Below, piece after piece: positions 19,269 through 26,804 of a stretch of DNA of 64,000 bases; within the stretch, counting starts at the first letter, position 1; every line of letters starts with the position of its first letter. The position numbers and the translations under genes are program-made. The DNA is from Candidatus Latescibacterota bacterium (GTDB lineage: Bacteria; Latescibacterota; UBA2968; UBA8231), in assembly GCA_965243025.1 (NCBI GenBank), contig CBDETY010000003.1:5344001-5408000 (forward strand), given 5' to 3'. The notes beneath the pieces were generated by a model. That model ran no database searches, was not told where the DNA came from, and worked only from the letters and a program-made list of their open reading frames with translations.

Positions 19269-20351
19269 TCAACGAGGCTGATTTTTGAGAGTGCCCCATC
19301 CGGTGGACTCGACTCCGGACGCAATAAGAGGGTCTACGTCTATCCACTCCACAGACCCGGTACAGGAGTCGCAGTAGTAGGCGATCTTGTTTCCAGTCGG
19401 ACTCCAACTGGGCTGGGAATCCCAGCCGGGCCGGGCTGTCAGGCGCGTCAGGCCCGAGCCGTCTGCGCCGACAATGGATATCTTCCGGGCATCGTCTTCT
19501 TCTATCCAGTGATTGATAGCCAAGTACCTGCCATCGGGAGACCAGGCAGGTCTGAAAAGGCCGGTCAAGTCGGTAACCTTGAAAACGTCGCCTTGGCGAA
19601 TCCTGTTATCCATCTGCTCGAAACTCCCCGAACCATCTACTACATAGGTGCCGTTTTCAAGCAGGGGCGTAGGTCCAGGAAATTCCTTTGCAAAATCTTC
19701 ATCTGCAAAAAAGGCCAACTTGCCCGAGGCCCCCGACCAACTTGCCGTATATGGTACCCACCCACGATTTCCTGTTTCCGGATCAAACACTTCTGAATTG
19801 TATTCATGGAACTCTATATTTCCCCAAAAATGTCTGAAATTGATACCTATGGACCACCAGGCGCTGATACCTGATACCCCTTCGCAAAGCAGGGAATGCT
19901 CCTGCCGGTTTCCTCCATCCTCATCCTGGATAACTACCACGAACTCAGGTTGGTAGCCGGTGTCGTAGCATCTTGCCTGTCGTATGAAGGAAAAGGCAAG
20001 GCGTCTGCCATCAGGAGACCAATGGGGGGACCCACCTGTTTCTGCTATCAGGCGGCGGTCCGTGCCGTCTGCATTGATGACAAACACAGGCCCCGGAGGC
20101 TCAGGCCAGGAATCGACGACGACGAACAGAATCCGATCGCCTGCCGGAGACCAATTCGGACCAGATCCCCTGCCGAGAGAAAGGGATTGACGGGTGTGGA
20201 CGTCAACGACCGTGAGTTCCTGTTCTTCCGGGAGCGAATAAACCAACCGGTCTCCTTGGGGAGACCATGAGATTGGTGTATTGGCTGCAAGCGGACAGAG
20301 GAGGACGATGACGATCAGTGTGCAGGAAACGATTTGGACAATCATTATCAT
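19269..20351 (-). CDS. secreted TolB-like beta-propeller 3 with WGxxK tail
   Basis: Signal peptide MIMIVQIVSCTLIVIVLLCPLAA, WSP repeats, tail SGVESTGWGTLK. Confidence 0.83.
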   Translation of the reverse strand: MIMIVQIVSCTLIVIVLLCPLAANTPISWSPQGDRLVYSLPEEQELTVVDVHTRQSLSLGRGSGPNWSPAGDRILFVVVDSWPEPPGPVFVINADGTDRRLIAETGGSPHWSPDGRRLAFSFIRQARCYDTGYQPEFVVVIQDEDGGNRQEHSLLCEGVSGISAWWSIGINFRHFWGNIEFHEYNSEVFDPETGNRGWVPYTASWSGASGKLAFFADEDFAKEFPGPTPLLENGTYVVDGSGSFEQMDNRIRQGDVFKVTDLTGLFRPAWSPDGRYLAINHWIEEDDARKISIVGADGSGLTRLTARPGWDSQPSWSPTGNKIAYYCDSCTGSVEWIDVDPLIASGVESTGWGTLKNQPR

Positions 20352-20515
20352 CCTGTTTCGGTCTGTTATAAAAAAGAATGAAAAAAAACCAACTCCTTGT
20401 AAGGGAGGTAAACTACCGAGTGGCCTCCGTAATATCATACTTTTGGACCGTCACAGGCAACGCCCTTTACTGACCGCCCGAACCGCCGCTATCATTATCC
20501 GCCATGCCCCCGACC

Positions 20516-20736
20516 ATGGACGCGAACAGGATCTGCGAGCTGCACGTACACATCGGCGGCTGTTTTACGCCGAGGATCTGATCCGCTTCGGCCGCGGCGT
20601 TTTCGAACAGGTCGACTGGACCAGCTTCTGCGACAGGTACGAGCACGCCTACGGCGAGGGGCCCGACGTTGCCCGACTGTATCGGAACGCCCTGTCGGGG
20701 TCCCCCGGCGGCGCCGACGGCTTCTGCCGCCACTTC
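20516..20736 (+). pseudogene. duplicated 5' fragment of the adenosine-deaminase-like gene (frameshifted)
   Basis: Matches 24849-25069 with scattered substitutions and T4 instead of T5. Confidence 0.88.
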
Positions 20737-20745
20737 TGCAAGAAT

Positions 20746-20862
20746 AAAGTGGCGGAATTGTTCGAAGTCTTCGACCGGGAGCAGACGTTCCGGGTTCTGG
20801 AGCTCGTGATTGACGATGGCATGCCCGTCCGCATGACCGTGGCGGACGGGGAACGGACCTGA
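20746..20862 (+). pseudogene. 3' fragment of protein 'B' (copy 3)
   Basis: KVAELFEVFDREQTFRVLELVIDDGMPVRMTVADGERT, almost identical to the B2 C-terminus. Confidence 0.85.
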
Positions 20863-20895
20863 ATCCGGCCCCCAGGCAATAGACACGGTCTCACA

Positions 20896-20979
20896 CCAGA
20901 CAACCGGCTGGCCGCAGAAGCGGAGGTCGTTGTGGGTGTCGCCGAACCGGCGCCTCACAAGGCTTCCGCTTCTTTGTTT
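20896..20979 (+). promoter_or_regulatory. structured leader upstream of the sigma gene, copy 2
   Basis: Same hairpins as 14594-14677; the only change seen is in the apical loop (CAAACC vs CGAACC). Confidence 0.5.
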
Positions 20980-21043
20980 GAGGCGGCCTTGCCGGTCCAG
21001 GTCGACCCCTGCGCCCGCTTCTGCCCGGCCCGGAGGAGGCGCA

Positions 21044-21634
21044 ATGAGTTTGGACGCCTGGCAAGGCGGCATCGACCGCTATGCCGTTCAGCACATCCGG
21101 TTCAAGGCCCGGCAGCTGGCCGGGCAGGCAGGTTTCGGGGTCAGCGAGCGCAAGGACCTGGAACAGGAGCTGTTCCTGGACCTGTTGACCCGGCTTCCCC
21201 AGTACGACCCCGAGCGCGGGCGGCGCACCACCTTCATCTCCCGGGTGGTGGCCAACCGGGTTTCCACCCTGATCGAGTCACAGAAGGCGGGTTTGCGGGA
21301 TTACCGTCTCCGCGGCGGTTCGTTGAACGAGTGCCTGGAGGACGATGAAGGGCGTACGGTGGAGCGGCTGGACAGCCTGGATGGGGAGGACCACCTGCTG
21401 CGCACCGGGGCGGTGTCGCGGCCGTGGGAGGAGCGGCAGGCCCTGGCCATCGATCTGGCGGCGCTGATGGAAACCCTTCCGCCGGAGTGGCGCATGCTGT
21501 GCCGCCGTTTGAGAGTGGAGACGGTCTCGGAGATTTCCCGGGATACGGGGATTGCGCGGGGGACAATTTACGAGTGGATGGGGAAGCTGCGGCAGGTCTT
21601 TGAGGAGGCGGGCCTGAGGGAGTACCTCGATTAG
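21044..21634 (+). CDS. sigma-70 family (ECF-like, regions 2 and 4) RNA polymerase sigma factor, intact
   Basis: RBS GGAGGAGG; region-2-like DLEQELFLDLL.RLPQYDPERG..TTFISRVV and a region-4 HTH TVSEISRDTGIARGTIY. Confidence 0.82.
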   Translation: MSLDAWQGGIDRYAVQHIRFKARQLAGQAGFGVSERKDLEQELFLDLLTRLPQYDPERGRRTTFISRVVANRVSTLIESQKAGLRDYRLRGGSLNECLEDDEGRTVERLDSLDGEDHLLRTGAVSRPWEERQALAIDLAALMETLPPEWRMLCRRLRVETVSEISRDTGIARGTIYEWMGKLRQVFEEAGLREYLD

Positions 21635-21737
21635 GTGGTACCGAAGTTCGGGCTTCTATAGGAAGGGTGGGCTACATGGCGCGTGGACTCCAGTGGGTCG
21701 TCGATTCGAGATAGGTCGGGAAAAGAGGGAAGGAATT

Positions 21738-21763
21738 CCGACACAATGCTTGAGGTTCCGGTA
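21738..21763 (+). promoter_or_regulatory. putative island-sigma promoter, copy 4, upstream of A3
   Basis: CCGACA-CAATGCTTGAGGTT-CCGGTA. Confidence 0.6.
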
Positions 21764-21997
21764 AGAAACAAGTGCATCCAACAAAATCACGACTAGGCAG
21801 CCAAGTAAAAAAATGCTGCGGGTCTCGTTTACTGGCCAACACGAAAGGAGAGGATGATCCAATTGGGAATTATATACCAAAGTCATCAGAGGAAAATATA
21901 TATATATGAAATGAATACACACTAAACGATGCATTGAGGCAGGTTGTTTTTTTTTCCGATCCCAACGTAGCACACAACTCGAAAAAGGAACAAAAAA

Positions 21998-23179
21998 ATG
22001 AGACTTCTCCACCGACCCGGAAGCATGAAGAACCTGGGTATAGCCTCCCTGCGGGATCAGGGATTTGACACATTCCAGTCCGGGGCCAAACCCGACGAGG
22101 CCGGGGGTGTGGATGACATCTGGACCAGAATGCAAAACGAGGTTTCCGCCTTCGATGACGAGGACCCTCTGGACATCTACTGGGCCCTCAACCTCGAAGG
22201 AGACTCCCATGTGTTTCCCAACGGGTACACTTGGAAGGGGATGCAGTTGGAGACGTACGACAGAAACGGGTTTTATGATTCTCCCAGCCACCAGTTCTAC
22301 TCCGACGTCCGCACGATCGTTACCGACCTGAGAGACTCCTCTCGGGCCGGGACCCGACTGAAGGGAATACGGTGGAATCACGAATACCGTCCCGTGGTGT
22401 GGAAACTCGGCACCGATTGGGCCACGTACGCCATGGAGCACAACCCGGAAGATTTCCAGACTGTAGCCGTGCACCGAGCAACCGAATGGGAATATTATCG
22501 CAGGGCTTGCGCTCCCTACACCAACGTGATCGATGACCACAAGCTGGGCAGCAAAGACGCCTACGACGGGCCGGACTGGGCGCCATGGAACGGTTCCAAC
22601 TACGTCGCGGTCAAAAGGCTCTACAAGGATCTGGTTCATTTTCAGGCCAATTGTCAGGCAAAGATGATCGGGCACATAGCCACCATCCTCGGTACTATCG
22701 ACTCGAGTCTCAGGCTGATCGTCTTTCCGCCGGCGCAAGGACCTTCCGATTGGGGCTTGAAGGAGAATACTCTGGACCTGACCCGGAACAGCCTCGCTGC
22801 CAGAACAAACATCAAATGGGAGTTCACCGACCAAGACGGCCTCGGCGACGGACATATCGTCAACTACAAGGCATGGGCAAGACAGGCCATGGACGCTCAT
22901 GACCACGTCGAGTATTTCTTCACCCTGAAGCAGCTGATCAGTGCGGACGATTTCCAGCAACGGCTCGACAGGGTGGAGAAGCACGTGGCCAACTGCTTCT
23001 TCAAAGACGAAGACGGGAATGCTCTTCCAGGCACAAGTGATCTGGACAGACCCTGGAACGAGAGCTTCGGATTCTGGAGCCGGTGGCTCTCTTCTAACGC
23101 TGGCAACCCCAACATTTCCGTGGCCCAGCAGACGGAATATGCTCAGGAACTGAGAGACGCGCTGAACGAGCACGGCTAG
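21998..23179 (+). CDS. uncharacterised protein family 'A', copy 3
   Basis: 393 aa, colinear with A1 from MRLLHRP to ALNEHG. Confidence 0.82.
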   Translation: MRLLHRPGSMKNLGIASLRDQGFDTFQSGAKPDEAGGVDDIWTRMQNEVSAFDDEDPLDIYWALNLEGDSHVFPNGYTWKGMQLETYDRNGFYDSPSHQFYSDVRTIVTDLRDSSRAGTRLKGIRWNHEYRPVVWKLGTDWATYAMEHNPEDFQTVAVHRATEWEYYRRACAPYTNVIDDHKLGSKDAYDGPDWAPWNGSNYVAVKRLYKDLVHFQANCQAKMIGHIATILGTIDSSLRLIVFPPAQGPSDWGLKENTLDLTRNSLAARTNIKWEFTDQDGLGDGHIVNYKAWARQAMDAHDHVEYFFTLKQLISADDFQQRLDRVEKHVANCFFKDEDGNALPGTSDLDRPWNESFGFWSRWLSSNAGNPNISVAQQTEYAQELRDALNEHG

Positions 23180-23204
23180 CAGGTTCCGTTTCTTATGGGG
23201 AACG

Positions 23205-23245
23205 AAAAGGGGGTGGCTGTGTCCCCAGCCACTCCCGTTTTTATT
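23205..23245. terminator. bidirectional-type terminator between A3 and TolB-like 4
   Basis: AAAA-GGGGGTGGCTG...CAGCCACTCCC-GTTTTTATT. Confidence 0.7.
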
Positions 23246-23257
23246 CAGATTGCTTTT

Positions 23258-24322
23258 TCATTCCATGGGCAAAGCCAGCGACTTCTTGATTTCGCCCCAG
23301 CTGCTTGGCCTGATTCCGGTGGGCGTATCTACCTGCACGAACTTCAGGATACGACGCAGCGCCTGCCGGTCTGTCTGGCTGAAGTAGGCGATCTGATCGC
23401 CGGCAGGGCTCCAGTAGACTCCGACCTTATGTTGCGAATCGAACGTCAGGTGCCTGATCTGCTGAAGCGAATCACCTGAAGCAACGAGGATCTGTCCCTC
23501 GAGACTGAATGCCAGCCGTTGGCCGTCGGGAGACCAGGAAGAATTGGTATATCCCAGGTTTTGACCGATTTCCCACGGTGTCCCGCGCAGCTCCTTTACG
23601 AAGAGTCCGTGGGGGGGGACCCAATCGTCAGGCATCCCGAGCTCGGCATTCGAGAAAGCGTAGGTTTGTGTCCTGAAGTGATAGGCCAATCGTGAAGTGG
23701 CTGCCGACCAGCTCATGCTTCCGGGGCTGCATTCTGCTCCATCCACCACTCGCCGGTACGGATCCGGATCCGAATCCGGATCCAGAATCCTCGTGGATTT
23801 GTGCTCGGATGCACGTATCGCCCATCCATCCACGGATTGGTAGACGATTCCCAGCGACCACCAGTCGGTCACGTCGTAATCGAGGCGGTCCAGGACGACT
23901 TTCTTGTGGAGTTCTCCTTCGAGGTTTTCTATGAAGATCACCGGGGCGGGTTCTTCGTATTCCGAGTTTCTAACGGGCAGAAGCTGGGATTGCCAGTAGG
24001 CATAGCGGTCTCCGGACGGGGACCATCCCACCGCCTTGCCCTCCCCGATTCGTCGACGCCCCGAACCGCCCGCCTGCACGATGAACGTCTCCCACGTCAG
24101 TGTATTCCCCGTCCTGCTCTTGAGGGTGAACAAGATCTGGTCTCCGACCGGCGACCACGTCGGATCAGACCCGGGTCCGATGGAAGTGACCTGATGGCTG
24201 TAGGCGTCCACCACGAACAGCTCTTCTTCATCCACATATACCAGGCGATCTCCTTGCGGAGACCACGAAAGTTTTTCTGCCGAAACAGAAGTCGCGGCAA
24301 TGACTAGCAGAACAGTAATCAT
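23258..24322 (-). CDS. secreted TolB-like beta-propeller 4 with WGxxK tail
   Basis: Signal peptide MITVLLVIAATSVSA, WSP repeats, tail PTGIRPSSWGEIK; closest to TolB-like 1. Confidence 0.85.
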   Translation of the reverse strand: MITVLLVIAATSVSAEKLSWSPQGDRLVYVDEEELFVVDAYSHQVTSIGPGSDPTWSPVGDQILFTLKSRTGNTLTWETFIVQAGGSGRRRIGEGKAVGWSPSGDRYAYWQSQLLPVRNSEYEEPAPVIFIENLEGELHKKVVLDRLDYDVTDWWSLGIVYQSVDGWAIRASEHKSTRILDPDSDPDPYRRVVDGAECSPGSMSWSAATSRLAYHFRTQTYAFSNAELGMPDDWVPPHGLFVKELRGTPWEIGQNLGYTNSSWSPDGQRLAFSLEGQILVASGDSLQQIRHLTFDSQHKVGVYWSPAGDQIAYFSQTDRQALRRILKFVQVDTPTGIRPSSWGEIKKSLALPME

Positions 24323-24324
24323 TT

Positions 24325-24590
24325 GGGTGTCCCATTTCCTGGGAACTGTAAGCCGTTGTGGTGTAGGGAGTTGCGATCTTAAAAAAACTAGCGTAGGACC
24401 CCTGTGATGCCTAACATTGAGTATCGAACTTCATGTACGGCTCCCCGGAAAGGGCACAAAGGTCCTACGATGCGAAATGTACGATCAAGAAGCGCTGGTG
24501 GCACAGGCACAGCAGGGGTTTGAGCAGCTGGAGACCTTCGTGGTAGAAGGAGCAGCCGGGCAGGAACTGCATGAGGTGGATCTCAAGTAG
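24325..24590 (+). mobile_element. possible ISKra4-like IS left-end remnant
   Basis: Begins GGGTGT; internal inverted repeat CGTAGGACC/GGTCCTACG; 37-codon ORF 24477-24590 (QAQQGFEQLETFV...HEVD) recalls ISKra4 transposase N-termini. Confidence 0.35.
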
Positions 24591-24773
24591 ATATATGATT
24601 GAGTTGGGTGCTGCTTAATGGCTGGGGCACAGGCTGCTCATGGCGCAGATGCGCCAGGGCCGTGCGCGTGACTGGGCTCATTGCGCGCTGACTACCGTCG
24701 GCGAAGCCTGTCGAGCCGTGTCGCGAGAAACGCTCAGTTAGACCATCTTCCGGGTAGCGGACCAAGCTACAAT

Positions 24774-24826
24774 AGGGGTCAAAAGGGGTCAAACTTTTTC
24801 AGGTTCCTTTTTTTTCAGGTTCCTTT
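24774..24826 (+). repeat. tandem duplications (AGGGGTCAAA)x2 and (TTTTTCAGGTTCCTTT)x2 at the island right junction
   Basis: Read directly from the sequence. Confidence 0.8.
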
Positions 24827-24841
24827 AAGGTTTAAAGGACC

Positions 24842-26197
24842 ATGCATCTGGACGCGAACAGGACCTGCGAGCTGCACGTACACATCGGCGGCTGTTTTTA
24901 CGCCGAAGATCTGATCCGCTTCGGTAGCGGCGTTTACGACCAGGTCGACTGGACCAGCTTCTGCGACAGGTACGAGCACGCCTACGGCGAGCGGCCCGAC
25001 GTTGCCCGACTGTATCGGGACGCCCTGTCGGGGTCCCCAGGCGGCGCCGACGGCTTCCGCCGCCACTTCGTGTACACCCCCGAGGACGGCCCGGACTTCC
25101 ACCGATTCCTCGCCAAGTTCCAGTTTTTCCTTTGCCTCGCCCGCCACTATGCGGCGGTCGGCAGGGAAAGCGAGCTGTTCGCCGCGGCTGTCGAGCGCCA
25201 CCGCTCCGAAGGTCTGCAGTACGTCGAGTACCGGGCCATGGACAACCGCGGCGTCGGCAACCCCGATGGGTTCCTCTCCTTCCACAGGGTCAACGCCGAG
25301 ATCATCCGCCGGGCTTCCGCCCGCGGCTTCACCGGCCGCTACGTGATCTCGCTGCCGCGCTGGGAGCCCCTGGAAGCCTATGCGCTGGTGCAGCGTCTGC
25401 TCGACCAGTCCCCCGAGCTGGTCGACACCGTGGTCGGCCTCGACTTCTGCCACGTCGAGGAGGGGTTCCCGCCGAAGAGCGCCAGGCCCCTGTTCGACCG
25501 GGTCGCCGCCGACAACGTCCGGCGTCCCGGGCGCGCCCTCGAGATCGTCTACCACGTCGGGGAGTCGTACTACGACAAGTCGCTGGAGAGCGCGGTGCGC
25601 TGGTGCCACGAGGCCGCCGACCTTGGGGCCCGCCGGCTCGGCCACTGCCTGGCCCTCGGCCTCGACCCGGCGATCGCCGTTGGCCGCCGCCCGCGCGCCC
25701 ACGAGGAGGAGCCGGTCTCGGAGCGGCTCGACCAGATCGGCTACGACATCGCCCATGCCGGGGCCCTGCGCAGGTACGGTATCGGGGTCGACGAACAGGC
25801 CCTGGAAAGGGAGAGGTCGGAGCTGCGCCGGAAGGAGGCGGGGGACCTGGTATCGCAACCCTACGACTGGGGCCGGCTGGAGGCGGTCAGGAAACGGCAG
25901 AGGTTCGCCCTCGACGCCGTAGCGAAGTCGGGAGTCGTGATCGAGACCTGCCCGACCTCCAACCTCTGCATAGGGGGGGTGCCGGACCCGGAGGCCCACC
26001 CGGTGCGGCGGTTTCTCGAGTCCGGGGTGAACCTCGTGGTCGCCGCCGACGACCCGGGGATCTTCGATTCCCCCCTGGCCGCCGAGGTCGACTGGGTGCT
26101 GCGCCACTCGGGGATGGATGCCGCCGGACTGGCGGCGCGCCTCGGGGACCCGAGGCGGTTCAGGCTGGGCGGGCGGCGCCCGGGTCCGGCAGGTTGA
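24842..26197 (+). CDS. adenosine deaminase-like amidohydrolase
   Basis: ELHVHIGG, HVGE, RLGH, ETCPTSN and AADDPGIF motifs. Confidence 0.85.
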   Translation: MHLDANRTCELHVHIGGCFYAEDLIRFGSGVYDQVDWTSFCDRYEHAYGERPDVARLYRDALSGSPGGADGFRRHFVYTPEDGPDFHRFLAKFQFFLCLARHYAAVGRESELFAAAVERHRSEGLQYVEYRAMDNRGVGNPDGFLSFHRVNAEIIRRASARGFTGRYVISLPRWEPLEAYALVQRLLDQSPELVDTVVGLDFCHVEEGFPPKSARPLFDRVAADNVRRPGRALEIVYHVGESYYDKSLESAVRWCHEAADLGARRLGHCLALGLDPAIAVGRRPRAHEEEPVSERLDQIGYDIAHAGALRRYGIGVDEQALERERSELRRKEAGDLVSQPYDWGRLEAVRKRQRFALDAVAKSGVVIETCPTSNLCIGGVPDPEAHPVRRFLESGVNLVVAADDPGIFDSPLAAEVDWVLRHSGMDAAGLAARLGDPRRFRLGGRRPGPAG

Positions 26198-26789
26198 TCT
26201 CCCCCGCGGCGATTCTCCGCAGGGTGTCGGGGAACAGGCGGTGCTCCTGTTCCAGGACGCGCGCCGCCAGGGTTTCCGGGGTGTCCCCGGCCAGCACCGG
26301 AACCCGGACCCGGGCAAGCACCGGGCCGTGGTCGTAGAGCTCGTCGACGAGGTGCACGGTGGCCCCGGTCTCGGTATCGCCGGAGGCGAGCACCGCCTCG
26401 TGCACCGCCCCGCCGTAGAACCCGCGGCCCCCGTATTTCGGCAGCAGCGCCGGATGGATGTTGAGGACGCGGCCCTCGAAGGCACGCAGGGTGCGCGGGC
26501 CGACCAGCTTCATGTACCCCGCCAGGCAGACGAGGTCGGCGCCGCAGCGGCCCAGCACCGAGGCGATGGCTGCATCGAGCGCGTCCGGGTCGGGGTGGGT
26601 GCGGCTGCTCAGGTGAAACGCCGGGATCCCCTGGCGGCGGGCCCGCTCCAGCGCCCGGGACCGCGAGTTGTTTCCGACCGCGACCACCGGCTCGGCGGGC
26701 AGGCGCCCGTCCCTGCAGGCGTCGACGATCGCCTGCATGTTGGTGCCGCTGCCGGAAGCGAGGAACCCGAGCTTCATGTCCGCGCGCAT
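26160..26789 (-). CDS. purN: phosphoribosylglycinamide formyltransferase
   Basis: ASGSGTNMQA, LAGYMK, NIHPALLP and GATVH.V...YDHGP. Confidence 0.96.
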   Translation of the reverse strand: MRADMKLGFLASGSGTNMQAIVDACRDGRLPAEPVVAVGNNSRSRALERARRQGIPAFHLSSRTHPDPDALDAAIASVLGRCGADLVCLAGYMKLVGPRTLRAFEGRVLNIHPALLPKYGGRGFYGGAVHEAVLASGDTETGATVHLVDELYDHGPVLARVRVPVLAGDTPETLAARVLEQEHRLFPDTLRRIAAGEINLPDPGAARPA

Positions 26790-26804
26790 TCGGCGGAGCC
26801 GCGG

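Larger units (their letters stand above)
20746..21656 (+). repeat. ~900 bp direct repeat, copy 2
   Basis: Near-identical to 14444-15351. Confidence 0.92.
8343..24841. mobile_element. accessory genomic island of repeated sigma/'A'/TolB-like modules; no integrase seen and boundaries approximate
   Basis: Visibly lower GC than the flanks, internal duplications, pseudogenes, an IS-like remnant and a duplicated 5' end of the flanking deaminase gene. Confidence 0.6.

Noticed and set aside
13787-21634. Intact prophage or ICE
   Set aside because: No integrase, terminase, capsid, replication or conjugation genes are visible; only a possibly phage-derived regulatory pair.
23758-23790. GGATCC/GAATCC hexamer run as a contingency locus
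   Set aside because: A short, imperfect, in-frame repeat encoding a DPDSDPDP loop; a length change would not shift the frame.
10317-24322. Calling the propeller genes true tolB
   Set aside because: No TolB N-terminal domain and no tolQRA/pal context; only PD40-like repeats are shared.
8900-24841. CRISPR array or cas genes among the island repeats
   Set aside because: The repeats are long gene-scale duplications or dispersed motifs, not regularly spaced 25-45 nt repeats with unique spacers; no cas-like ORF.
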